In this document: positions 40,122 through 49,826 of the stretch, in pieces
Layout of the letters: the number at the start of each line of letters is the position of its first letter
Numbering within the stretch: position 1 is the stretch's first letter
Assembly: GCA_021851895.1 (NCBI GenBank)
Contig: JAJZQJ010000007.1
Span: 6,618-70,617 of the forward strand
Reading direction: 5' to 3'
Length of the DNA: 64,000 bases
From: a bacterium
Lineage (GTDB): Bacteria; Patescibacteriota; Minisyncoccia; Phycocordibacterales; UBA6899
Position numbers and translations under genes: made by a program
Notes under the pieces: model-generated
Databases searched by the model: none
Told to the model about the DNA's origin: nothing
What the model saw: the letters and a program-made list of their open reading frames with translations, nothing else

Positions 40122-40952
40122 ATGTATAGTATCGATCCAAAGGAGTACTTTGAACGCTTGAAATCTCCATCTGAAAGATTGTTCGTCGAGGGATCACTTC
40201 CCCCGCCCCAATATCGCCGCATCACTATCGTTGGAACTCGAAAACCATCAACGTATGGGAAGATGGTGACAAGTCGCATGATCGAAGGGTTGCGTGGTCA
40301 ACCAGTAACGATACTCTCTGGGCTTGCTTTAGGAATTGATGCGTGCGCTCACGAAGCAGCAGTGCTCAATAACATACACACTATAGCCATCCCTGGTTCA
40401 GGGCTGAAGGAATCTGTGCTCTACCCCCGAACGAACGTTGGTCTTGCCCACCGCATTATCTCATCGGGAGGAGCGCTTATGTCACCGTGGGAAACAGAAC
40501 ATGCGGCAAAATGGATGTTTCCATTGCGTAACCGTACTATGGCCGCAATGTCCGACCTCGTCCTCGTCGTCGAGGCTGGAGTGCGATCAGGAACAATGAT
40601 CACCGCCAATGCTGCGACGGAATTCTCTGTACCCATAGCGGCAATTCCTGGCGATATCGATAACACCCGGTCAGAGGGCACGAATGCACTTATAAAGTCA
40701 GGTGCACATTGTGTCACTGACCCAAACGATCTTATTAAACTTCTTGGACTCGAGAAGTCGAAAACAACACGAGAAGAGGAGGTACTGTTCTCAAAAGATC
40801 CGATACTTTCACTTCTTCGAAAACCACAGAGTAGAGATCAACTTATTGCCCTATCAGGTCTTTCTGTGCACATGCTCAACTGCTCACTTTCGCGACTCGA
40901 ACTCGAAGGATCGATCGTGATCGATAATCAAGGAATCATAAGGGCGCGATAA
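40122..40952 (+). CDS. dprA: DNA processing protein DprA
   Basis: IVGTR, SGLA.GID..AH, FP.RNR, VVEA..SG..ITA; adjacent to topA. Confidence 0.95.
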   Translation: MYSIDPKEYFERLKSPSERLFVEGSLPPPQYRRITIVGTRKPSTYGKMVTSRMIEGLRGQPVTILSGLALGIDACAHEAAVLNNIHTIAIPGSGLKESVLYPRTNVGLAHRIISSGGALMSPWETEHAAKWMFPLRNRTMAAMSDLVLVVEAGVRSGTMITANAATEFSVPIAAIPGDIDNTRSEGTNALIKSGAHCVTDPNDLIKLLGLEKSKTTREEEVLFSKDPILSLLRKPQSRDQLIALSGLSVHMLNCSLSRLELEGSIVIDNQGIIRAR

Positions 40953-40996
40953 CTTTTATTTGCCACAAATGTTTTTCTGTGGTACAGATATACACC

Positions 40997-43204
40997 ATGA
41001 GTAACTCGTCAGGAAAAGGAAAGACGCTTGTAATCGTGGAGTCCCCCGCAAAGGCGAAGACCATCGAAAAATATCTCGGTAGCGATTACATCGTCCGCGC
41101 ATCTGTCGGGCACGTACGCGATCTCCCTAAATCGAACAAGAAAGCCATCGATATCGAAGCTGGCTTCGTTCCACACTACGAGGTATCTCCCGACAAGAAG
41201 AAGATCCTCTCCGAGTTACAGGGACTTGCGAAGAACGCCAAGGCGGTCTTCCTCGCAACCGACCCCGACCGTGAGGGTGAAGCAATCGCATGGCACCTCG
41301 CTGACGAGCTTCAATTAAAGAATGCGCAGCGTATCAAATTCCACGAGATCACGAACGCTGCAGTTAATGAGGCAGCGGCACATCCACAAACGATCGATAT
41401 GAATCTCAAGGTCGCACAGGAGGCACGACGCGTGCTTGACCGACTCGTCGGTTACGATCTCTCTGGGCTTATATGGAAGAAGGTGCGCTACGGTCTCTCT
41501 GCGGGTCGTGTGCAATCCCCGGCCCTGCGCATTATTATGGAGCGCGAACGCGAGATACGTGCATTCGTTCCGGAGACTTTCTGGAGACTCTTTGCGGACG
41601 TCACCACGAAAGAAAAAGCGGAACTCGCACTCATCTGCAGCGAAGAACCTCGCGACGAACAACGCATGCGATTCATTGAAAAGCATGGCAAGGACACAAA
41701 GACTTGGATCGTAAGAGACGTGCGCTCAAGCGAGGCAAGTCGAAGTCCAAAGGCACCGTTCACAACTTCAACACTTCAGCAGACCGCATCCACGAGGCTT
41801 GGATTCTCGCCATCGCGTACGATGCAGATCGCACAGAAACTCTACGAGGCCGGCCTCATCACCTATATGCGTACCGACTCGACGAATCTTTCGAAGGAGG
41901 CACAGCATGGCATCTTCAGTACCATTGAATCACTTTGGGGGAAAGACTACCTGCACCCAAGAACATTCAAGTCGAAATCGAAGAATGCCCAAGAGGCGCA
42001 CGAAGCGATCAGGCCAACGGATCTCCATAAAAAGACTGGCGGCACGACCCCTGAACAGCAAAAGCTCTATCGACTTATCTGGCAGCGTGCTATCGCATCA
42101 CAGATGTCCGATGCACGTGTGCTTCGTACGAAGATCACCGCGGGTGTCCCCGTCAATGATTTCCCCGACTTTGCAGTGAACGGCGCGATCATGCTTTTTA
42201 AGGGCTGGTTGATCGCAGACCCTGAAGCTGAGGGTGAAGAAGTCACTTTGCCTGAAGTAAAAATCGGAGATGAACTGAAGTTGAAAGATTTCCGTGTTGA
42301 GGAAAAGCAGACCGAACCACCGAGCAGATACACTGAAGCGGGACTCGTTAAAGAACTCGAGAAGCGCGATATCGGTCGCCCATCGACCTATGCCTCTATC
42401 ATCAAAACGATCATCGATCGTGGTTATGTCGAGAAAGAGAATAAATCACTGAAGCCCACAGCGACCGGCGATGTCGTATCGACATTCCTTGAGGAGCATT
42501 TTGGTAAATATATCAGTGACACCTTTACTGCAGAGATGGAGCAAGAACTCGATGACATCGCCGATGGCTCGAGAAAATATGTTCCCGTCATGAAAGAGTT
42601 CTATACTGCATTTCATGATGCGATCAAGGAAAAAGAAGACATTCCGAAGGTCACGAACCTCGGTGACGCGGACGAGAGCATACGCTGTCCAAAGTGTGAC
42701 GGTCCCATGATCGTGAAGCTCAGCAAGTCAGGTAAATTCCTTTCTTGTGCAAACTTCCCTACTTGTGATGGCGCACGCACCGAAGCGGGCGAAGTCATTG
42801 AAGGTCCAAAGCCAACGGGAGAGAAATGTCCAAAGTGCGAAAAGGGAGACCTCGTGGAGCGCACCGGACGATTCGGGAAATTCATCGCCTGCTCGAATTA
42901 CCCAAAGTGTAAGTTCATCAAAAACGATCCTACACTGAATCCCGTAAAGAGTAGCGGCGTGAAATGTGATGTCTGCGGTAAGGGTGAGATGATCGAGCGC
43001 AAGGGACGTTTCGGATTCTTCTGGTCATGTAGCAATTACCCTGATTGTAAGCATGCGATCAAGACGAAGCCAACGGGAAACAAGTGTCCTATCTGTGGAG
43101 CACTGATGATGCTCGGTACCAAAACAATACCAGAACGATGTTCAGTGAAGACGTGCCCAATGCACAATCCCCACAAACTCAATAAGGAAAAATCAGCCGA
43201 ATAG
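40997..43204 (+). CDS. topA: DNA topoisomerase I
   Basis: IVESPAKAKTI, ATDPDREGE, SAGRVQ, ITYMRTDS, C-terminal Zn ribbons. Confidence 0.98.
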   Translation: MSNSSGKGKTLVIVESPAKAKTIEKYLGSDYIVRASVGHVRDLPKSNKKAIDIEAGFVPHYEVSPDKKKILSELQGLAKNAKAVFLATDPDREGEAIAWHLADELQLKNAQRIKFHEITNAAVNEAAAHPQTIDMNLKVAQEARRVLDRLVGYDLSGLIWKKVRYGLSAGRVQSPALRIIMEREREIRAFVPETFWRLFADVTTKEKAELALICSEEPRDEQRMRFIEKHGKDTKTWIVRDVRSSEASRSPKAPFTTSTLQQTASTRLGFSPSRTMQIAQKLYEAGLITYMRTDSTNLSKEAQHGIFSTIESLWGKDYLHPRTFKSKSKNAQEAHEAIRPTDLHKKTGGTTPEQQKLYRLIWQRAIASQMSDARVLRTKITAGVPVNDFPDFAVNGAIMLFKGWLIADPEAEGEEVTLPEVKIGDELKLKDFRVEEKQTEPPSRYTEAGLVKELEKRDIGRPSTYASIIKTIIDRGYVEKENKSLKPTATGDVVSTFLEEHFGKYISDTFTAEMEQELDDIADGSRKYVPVMKEFYTAFHDAIKEKEDIPKVTNLGDADESIRCPKCDGPMIVKLSKSGKFLSCANFPTCDGARTEAGEVIEGPKPTGEKCPKCEKGDLVERTGRFGKFIACSNYPKCKFIKNDPTLNPVKSSGVKCDVCGKGEMIERKGRFGFFWSCSNYPDCKHAIKTKPTGNKCPICGALMMLGTKTIPERCSVKTCPMHNPHKLNKEKSAE

Positions 43205-43225
43205 GCTGTTTTTTCTTGCATTTTT

Positions 43226-43255
43226 CTTCTTACTTCTCACTTCTTACTTCTTACT
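43226..43255. repeat. Heptamer tandem repeat (CTTCTTA)x4
   Basis: CTTCTTA CTTCTCA CTTCTTA CTTCTTA in the topA-RSH spacer. Confidence 0.75.
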
Positions 43256-43268
43256 GTATATTTGATTC

Positions 43269-44711
43269 ATGGAGCACATCACGCCCCTATCTGAAATACT
43301 CGATGTAATGCGCAGCCGCACGAATGAGGACCATGGACTTGTTGCACGGGCATATGATTACGCACAAACAGCTCACGGAGGACAGAAACGTTATTCTGGC
43401 GCTCCGTATTTTGTGCATGTTTCTGCTGTCGGTCTTACACTTGCAGAAATGGGTATGGATGCGAAGGTGATTTGTGCTGGATTGCTGCATGACGTCATCG
43501 AAGATGCAGCGCGCACCGAGGAGGATATCACTGCGGAATTCGGAGACGAAGTACTCGCACTCATTCAAGGAGTGACAAAACTCGGAAAGCTCAAATACCG
43601 TGGCGTCGAGCGCCATGTCGAATCACTGCGCAAACTTCTTATTGCGACCGCTAAAGATATTCGAGTGATCATCATCAAGCTCGCCGATCGACTGCACAAT
43701 GTCTCTACACTCAAATACGTCCCCGAGCACAAGCGTGCCCGTATCGCTCTTGAAACTCTCGAGATATACGCACCGATCGCAAATAGACTCTCGATCGGAT
43801 CGATCAAGGGCCTTCTCGAAGACTATGCTTTCCCCTACGCTTACCCTGAGGAATATAAGAAGGTCGAGGGCATCGTTGCAACGCACCTCAAGAACAACGA
43901 GCAACGCATCGAGAAGATGTATCGCATGATGCAGCTTGAGCTCGCAAAGAATGGCATTACGGACATTCGTGGCTCATTCCGCTCGAAGCGCACCTACAGC
44001 CTCTACAAGAAACTTATAAAGCACGACATGAATATCGACAGCATTTACGATATTCTCGCAATACGTATCATCGTGCCGAATATTGGAGACTGCTACCGAG
44101 CACTCGGGGTTGCGCATTCCATCTGGAGACCGCTTCCCGGTCGAATCAAAGACTACATCGCGTTCCCTAAGCCGAATGGATATCAATCGCTCCACACGAC
44201 CGTCTTTACTGGCGATGGCAGCTGCCTTGAGATCCAAATTCGAACTCCCGAAATGGACCAGGAGGCCGCGCTCGGTGTTGCCGCACACTTCATCTATAAA
44301 GAGAACATCAACAAGCCAGGCAAAGCACTTCCATCGAAATTCGCCTGGGTAACTGAAGTAGCGAAGCTTCAGAAAGTCGCAGAAACTGGTGACTACATGC
44401 AGGCGCTTCGAACCGACTTTTTCGAGGATCGTGTCTTCACATTCACCCCACAAGGCGATGTCGTCGATCTTCCGATCAACTCTACAGCGATCGACTTCGC
44501 GTATGCAATCCACTCGGATATCGGAGACCATGTCGCGGGAGCGAAAGTGAACGGAAAGCTCGTATCACTCGACACCGTACTCCGCTATGGCGACATCGTC
44601 GACATCGAAACAAAACGCTCTGCAAAACCATCGAAAAAATGGCTCGATTATGCAAAGACGACACTCGCTAAGCGTCACATCAGGCAAGCACTTGCCGCTC
44701 AGCAAAAATAA
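43269..44711 (+). CDS. RelA/SpoT homolog (HD + synthetase + TGS; lacks ZFD/ACT)
   Basis: H.GQ.R.SG.PY..H, LLHD..ED, IKLADRLHN, KPNGYQSLHT, EIQIRT, DFAY.IH. Confidence 0.95.
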   Translation: MEHITPLSEILDVMRSRTNEDHGLVARAYDYAQTAHGGQKRYSGAPYFVHVSAVGLTLAEMGMDAKVICAGLLHDVIEDAARTEEDITAEFGDEVLALIQGVTKLGKLKYRGVERHVESLRKLLIATAKDIRVIIIKLADRLHNVSTLKYVPEHKRARIALETLEIYAPIANRLSIGSIKGLLEDYAFPYAYPEEYKKVEGIVATHLKNNEQRIEKMYRMMQLELAKNGITDIRGSFRSKRTYSLYKKLIKHDMNIDSIYDILAIRIIVPNIGDCYRALGVAHSIWRPLPGRIKDYIAFPKPNGYQSLHTTVFTGDGSCLEIQIRTPEMDQEAALGVAAHFIYKENINKPGKALPSKFAWVTEVAKLQKVAETGDYMQALRTDFFEDRVFTFTPQGDVVDLPINSTAIDFAYAIHSDIGDHVAGAKVNGKLVSLDTVLRYGDIVDIETKRSAKPSKKWLDYAKTTLAKRHIRQALAAQQK

Positions 44712-44731
44712 AAAACACCATATGGTGTTTT

Positions 44732-45937
44732 TTATATATTGAATCCAGAGACTGAGTAAAGATCATCATCCTCGGAATCCAAAGAATCTCGTTGCTCGTG
44801 CGCACTTCGGTCATCGAGTGGTGCTTCTATCTCGGACTGTGCGAGTGAATCATTTGACACGACTTCGCCGATTGCCGTAGACACGGCATCATGATGCTCT
44901 GCATCATGAGGAGGCACTACTTCCATCGAACTATCTTTTTGATATGTCCCATACGGAGGAAAACTCTGTGCTGCAGAGGCAATGACCACCTGCTCGGGCT
45001 CGGGTACTGGAGATGCCTCGAAGCGAATCGGTGTTGCAGCTGCAAGATTCTCCATCTCCTTCTTGCCTGCGCTCATGATCCCCTCTCGGAGCGCACGAGC
45101 ATCAGCAAGAGCATTTCGTGCATTAATACGATCGATAAGTGCCTGCACGTCTTCAGCGGCAAAGAAATCGATGACAAGGCGTCCCCCATTTTCCTTTGGC
45201 TCGATGTGTACACGAGTTCCAAGTGATTCTGCGAGCTCGGCCTCCATGCGAGAGAGTTTTGGGTCGATATTCGACTTCTTTCTCGTCTTCTCCTTTGCAA
45301 CATGACGTGCCACTTGTTCCGCCTCACGTACCGTAAGCTTCTTCCAGATGATTTCTTTAAAAAGCGTTGACTGCTCTGACTGTCTATCATTGAGCATAAG
45401 GAGCGGGCGCGCGTGACCCTCAGAGATCTTGCCTGTCTGCAATGCTGTCATGATGTCCTGTGGCAGTGCAAGCAAACGCAAACTATTTGAAACGTATTCT
45501 CGGCTCTTACCGACCTTCTTCGCGATTTCCGCATGCTTCAGGGAAAACTCGTTCGCAAGACGTGCGAAAGAAAGTGCACGGTCGATAGGATTAAGGTCTT
45601 CACGCTGAAGATTCTCGATGATCGCAAGTTCAAGCTTGAGCTTTGGATCAACGAAACCCTGCTGGATAAGCACAGGGACCTGCGTAAGGCCCGCAAGCTT
45701 ACTTGCACGCAAACGACGCTCACCTGCGATGAGCTCATAATCTACGGTCATACCACCATCAGGGAGAATATTCTCCTTTCTGGTCACCGTAAGCGGCTGA
45801 AGGATACCATACATTCGAATCGAGTCCGCAAGATCGCTCAAGTGCCGTTCATCGAATTCCTTTCGGGGCTGATATGGATTCGGGTGGATCTTTTCGACTT
45901 CCACCCAGAAGATTGTGTTGTTTACGAACTCTGACAT
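44732..45937 (-). CDS. parB: ParB/Spo0J partition protein with acidic C-terminal extension
   Basis: PNP.QPRK.F, LIAGERRLRA, ENLQREDLN, HTH, GHAR.LL. Confidence 0.95.
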   Translation of the reverse strand: MSEFVNNTIFWVEVEKIHPNPYQPRKEFDERHLSDLADSIRMYGILQPLTVTRKENILPDGGMTVDYELIAGERRLRASKLAGLTQVPVLIQQGFVDPKLKLELAIIENLQREDLNPIDRALSFARLANEFSLKHAEIAKKVGKSREYVSNSLRLLALPQDIMTALQTGKISEGHARPLLMLNDRQSEQSTLFKEIIWKKLTVREAEQVARHVAKEKTRKKSNIDPKLSRMEAELAESLGTRVHIEPKENGGRLVIDFFAAEDVQALIDRINARNALADARALREGIMSAGKKEMENLAAATPIRFEASPVPEPEQVVIASAAQSFPPYGTYQKDSSMEVVPPHDAEHHDAVSTAIGEVVSNDSLAQSEIEAPLDDRSAHEQRDSLDSEDDDLYSVSGFNI

Positions 45938-46040
45938 GGGTGCATTGTAGCATGTGTGCATTCTTTTGGGCAGTGTGTACAACGAGTGGAAAATCCATAT
46001 TTTTTGCAGTTTTTTGAATTTTTGTTATACTGCGCACATT

Positions 46041-46121
46041 GCCGGAGTGGCGTAATGGTAGCCGCGCTCGACTCAAAATCGAGTATCGAAAGATGTGCGG
46101 GTTCAAGTCCCGCCTCCGGCA
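46041..46121 (+). tRNA. tRNA-Leu (CAA)
   Basis: GCCGGAG/CTCCGGC acceptor, CTCGA-CTCAAAA-TCGAG anticodon arm, long variable arm, GGTTCAAGTCC T-arm; CCA not encoded. Confidence 0.96.
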
Positions 46122-46354
46122 CAAAATGACCACCGAAAAGCGAAAGCTTTTCGGTGGTTTCATTTTGCAGCCGGGGCGGGACTTGAAAGACGGAGCCGGG
46201 TACCGTCACCCGGCTGATGATCTTATCCGGCTCTTCGAGCCGTGATAAATCCAGCCGCGTGCACGGTCGGCGAGTCGTGGCGACGGCCACTTAGTATTTT
46301 CGGTGTGCATACACCGGAAATACTTTGTGAGCCGTGCCAAGGCCCAGACTCCTG
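46102..46354 (+). mobile_element. Family-1 structured element at the tRNA-Leu 3' end
   Basis: Inverted tRNA-end copy at 46170-46187, core at 46188-46337, degenerate direct copy at 46338-46354. Confidence 0.7.
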
Positions 46355-46569
46355 TTCAGTGCGGCTTTGCGCTCAATCAAACTCAAACCGGAACGGTTTT
46401 ATGTTTGCCCCTGAATTTTCTCTCTCTTGACACCCTCCTTCCCTCATGCTACTTAATACTCGCGGAATAAAATTTATTTCGCCACAAAAGAAACCCTAAA
46501 TGGGTATACCAAAAGTCCGAACTTTGCAAACAAAGGGTCGGGCTTTTTTCTTTATGCTACACTAAACCC

Positions 46570-47202
46570 ATGCCTCCCAAACTCCCCCTCCTCCCCAAAA
46601 CCCCCAAGCTCGACCTCCTCGAAACCATCAACCTCACTGATGACTCCTATTTTGAACACATCGAGCTCATCGGTATCGATGCTTCGGGTAATGAAGCGAC
46701 CGACGCTTCTATCATGTCCTCACGGATCAGTCGATCGGAATTCAACGACTCCGCGCTCATTGGCCTAAAACTCCGCGATGTATCTTTCGATCACGTGAAC
46801 TTCCTTAACTCAGATCTTGAAAAATCGCAGCACGAACGGATCGAATATGATCATTCTCGCCTCATGGGCATCAAACTCATCGATGCGCAACTTGAGCATG
46901 TGACCTTTAGGCGCTGTAGTCTCGACTTCGCCCTACTCCGCTTCGCGAAGCTTAAATATGTACTCTTTGAAAAGTGCACCTTGAATGATGCAGACATGCA
47001 GGGAGCCGAACTCTCGAATGTCTCTTTCATCGACTGCGACCTCACGAATCTTGAATGCTCACATGCGAAACTGACCGCCATCGATTTTAGCGGATCGATA
47101 CTCGACAATATGCGCGTCATGCCCGAGCAACTGAAAGGCTCGACGATAGATCCAACACAAGTGCATCATTTCATACGTCTACTCGGAATCAATGTAAAAT
47201 AA
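46570..47202 (+). CDS. Pentapeptide repeat protein
   Basis: Tandem A(D/N)L/F..-type pentapeptides (e.g. TLNDA DMQGA ELSNV SFIDC DLTNL). Confidence 0.92.
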   Translation: MPPKLPLLPKTPKLDLLETINLTDDSYFEHIELIGIDASGNEATDASIMSSRISRSEFNDSALIGLKLRDVSFDHVNFLNSDLEKSQHERIEYDHSRLMGIKLIDAQLEHVTFRRCSLDFALLRFAKLKYVLFEKCTLNDADMQGAELSNVSFIDCDLTNLECSHAKLTAIDFSGSILDNMRVMPEQLKGSTIDPTQVHHFIRLLGINVK

Positions 47203-47228
47203 AACACGACATACGCCGTGTTTTATTT

Positions 47229-47828
47229 TTAGATCTTTCCAACAAGCTTGATTCCTGGCTGAAGTGTCTCTTCGCCTGGTTCCCATGCTGCAGGACAAAC
47301 GTTGCCTCCGTGCTCGCGAACGAACTTCGCTGCGCGCAACTTACGCAAAGTCTCCTTTGCTGAACGGCCGATCGCATTGTCATGGATCTCCATGGTGCGC
47401 AATACACCATCGGGGTCCACGATGAATGTGCCGCGGAGTGCGAGACCCTCTTCATTGATATATACATTGAAGAGCTTTGTAAGCACACCTGTCGGATCAC
47501 CAACCATTGGGAACTGCACCTTCTTGATCGCAGGTGAGTTGTCGTGCCATGCCTTATGAGCAAACGAAGTGTCTGTAGAGACTGAGAGTACCTCAGCACC
47601 TTCCTTTGCGATCTCTTCATAAAGCTCAGCCATCTCCTCAAGCTCTGTCGGACAGACGAATGTGAAGTCTGCAGGATAGAACATGAAGACTGCCCATTTC
47701 CCTCTCAAAGATTTCGTTTCAATATCGATGATATCGTCCTTCTTTGGATGATAGACATTGAGTTTCATTTCAGGGAGTGTTGCTCCAATGTGAAGCACGT
47801 TCACTGCCTTTTCATTTTGTTCTGACAT
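47229..47828 (-). CDS. ahpC: Peroxiredoxin AhpC
   Basis: FYPADFTFVCPTEL, RGTFIVDP.G, VCPA.W. Confidence 0.96.
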   Translation of the reverse strand: MSEQNEKAVNVLHIGATLPEMKLNVYHPKKDDIIDIETKSLRGKWAVFMFYPADFTFVCPTELEEMAELYEEIAKEGAEVLSVSTDTSFAHKAWHDNSPAIKKVQFPMVGDPTGVLTKLFNVYINEEGLALRGTFIVDPDGVLRTMEIHDNAIGRSAKETLRKLRAAKFVREHGGNVCPAAWEPGEETLQPGIKLVGKI

Positions 47829-47856
47829 ATTTCTTTTTGCGTTATATAGACTTATC

Positions 47857-48540
47857 CTAATTTGGATGTTGTATCTTATCGCTAACAATTTTTCCATCTG
47901 CGAGCGTGATGATGCGATGGCCCATGCGTGAGTAATCCACTTCATGAGTGACCATCACTATCGTCTGCCCCTCGTTATTAAGGTCAAGAAATGCTTGCAA
48001 CACGTTCATACTCGTCTCGGTATCAAGATTCGCGGTCGGTTCATCGGCGAAAAGTATCTTCGGTCCGTGTGCAATTGCACGCGCGATCGAAACACGTTGC
48101 TGCTGACCACCGGAGAGCTGTGCAGGCAGATTATGCATGCGGTCGCCCATATCAAGACGTTTCAGTGCCCTGAGCGCCTTGCGCTCCGCCTCCTCTTTAT
48201 GCTCTCCGAGCATGAGGAGTGGAACCATGACATTCTCCAATGCGGTCAACGTCGGAAGTATAGCATAATCCTGGAAAATGTAACCGAGTGCCGAAAGGCG
48301 CATTCGAGTACGCTCGATTTCAGTGAGCTCGTCAGTATCAACACCATCTATATGTATATGACCAGAAGTCGGAGTATCGAGGAGACCAAGCTGATAGAGC
48401 AAGGTCGATTTTCCTGATCCCGATTTACCAGTAACCATAAGAAACTGCCCCTCCGGAACCTCAAAAGAGACGTTGTTCACGGCTTTGATATCCAATTCAC
48501 CTGTCCTGAAGATTTTTGAAAGATTTTCGACTTTGATCAT
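47857..48540 (-). CDS. ABC transporter ATP-binding protein (MacB/LolD-like)
   Basis: GKSGSGKST, LSGGQQQRV, ADEPT.NLD, VTH. Confidence 0.95.
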   Translation of the reverse strand: MIKVENLSKIFRTGELDIKAVNNVSFEVPEGQFLMVTGKSGSGKSTLLYQLGLLDTPTSGHIHIDGVDTDELTEIERTRMRLSALGYIFQDYAILPTLTALENVMVPLLMLGEHKEEAERKALRALKRLDMGDRMHNLPAQLSGGQQQRVSIARAIAHGPKILFADEPTANLDTETSMNVLQAFLDLNNEGQTIVMVTHEVDYSRMGHRIITLADGKIVSDKIQHPN

Positions 48541-48542
48541 AT

Positions 48543-49817
48543 TTATCTTCCTAAGATCGCAGAAAGTGTATTCTGCTTGATAATGATCCTTGCAGGTATG
48601 AAGCCCGCGACGATCGTCGAAGCGATGAGCACGCCTGCACGCAATAATGCACCAGTCGCATCTGCCACCAAGATACCATCAGAGAATGGAAAATCGATCG
48701 GATGTGCAGCGATGAACGGTTTAATGAAGAGGAAGACCGTCGCAATACCAATACCAGAACCAAGTATTGCGTAGAATATCGCCTGAGCAACATATGAGAT
48801 CTCGATCGCTCGATGGGTGATTCCAATTCCCTTCAAAATTCCGATATAACGTCTACGCGTAATTGCGTTCACGAAGATGACGATGAATATCGTGATCGAA
48901 GAAACTGCAAGTCCGATGACCGAAAGGAGCATACCGAGCACATCGAACGTATCCTTCATATCTTTCACTGTCTTTGGAATAGCATCCATCGATACTTGTA
49001 CACGCGCCCATTCACCGACACCCATGTCGAGGAGCTGCTGCACCGCCCGAGCAGAATCGAATCCAGGCTTCAGATGCACTGAGATCCTGCTTGCATTGAA
49101 ATCCGTTTGATTCTGCAGTCGACGCACCTCAGAGTCGACCATGGTGACCGCCATATCAAAATCAACCTTACTGCGCATGACGCCCTTCACAACGTACTCC
49201 TTTGAAACGCCATTGCTCGTGATGAGTATCTTCGATCCTACATCAACATTCTTGAGATTCTTGAAGGAAGGGTCATTGATCGGCGTATATTTCGCGAGCA
49301 AATTCTTTCCGACAATAACACTATCGACATCTGAATTATCGAGGAATTTACCCTCCATCATCTTCGTATTGATGTCTGAGAAAATTCGCTCTTGATCTGG
49401 GTTGATGCCCATAAGGGTCGCTGAAACCATATCGCGTGTCGTGCGAGGATCGATCGTTGCGCGATAATTCGACTCGATCTGTGCGCCACCGAAATAACGC
49501 ACGACATGATTCTTATAACCAGGAAGCTGCTTTACGATATCGATGATCTGAGGAGTGTGCTGAATAGCTGAGCGATCCGCAAGTGGCGAGATCTGTAGGT
49601 CTCCAGTTCCATACTTCACGTGCGCATCGATCGCACCCTGGATGAGACCAACGAGGATACCTCCGACGACAACAAGATTGAGAAACGTGAGCATCATCAC
49701 GAAGACGATCAAGCTTGTCGTCCAGATATTCGAGCGACGAAGATCGCGTGTTGCCAGAAAACGGCCGACACGGATATCGACCATGAACTGATTGATGAAA
49801 TTATTCTTCTTCGGCAT
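48543..49817 (-). CDS. ABC transporter permease (MacB/FtsX-like)
   Basis: TM1, large extracytoplasmic domain, three C-terminal TMs; RR.IGILK.IG, PAR. Confidence 0.9.
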   Translation of the reverse strand: MPKKNNFINQFMVDIRVGRFLATRDLRRSNIWTTSLIVFVMMLTFLNLVVVGGILVGLIQGAIDAHVKYGTGDLQISPLADRSAIQHTPQIIDIVKQLPGYKNHVVRYFGGAQIESNYRATIDPRTTRDMVSATLMGINPDQERIFSDINTKMMEGKFLDNSDVDSVIVGKNLLAKYTPINDPSFKNLKNVDVGSKILITSNGVSKEYVVKGVMRSKVDFDMAVTMVDSEVRRLQNQTDFNASRISVHLKPGFDSARAVQQLLDMGVGEWARVQVSMDAIPKTVKDMKDTFDVLGMLLSVIGLAVSSITIFIVIFVNAITRRRYIGILKGIGITHRAIEISYVAQAIFYAILGSGIGIATVFLFIKPFIAAHPIDFPFSDGILVADATGALLRAGVLIASTIVAGFIPARIIIKQNTLSAILGR

Positions 49818-49826
49818 ATGCGTGGA

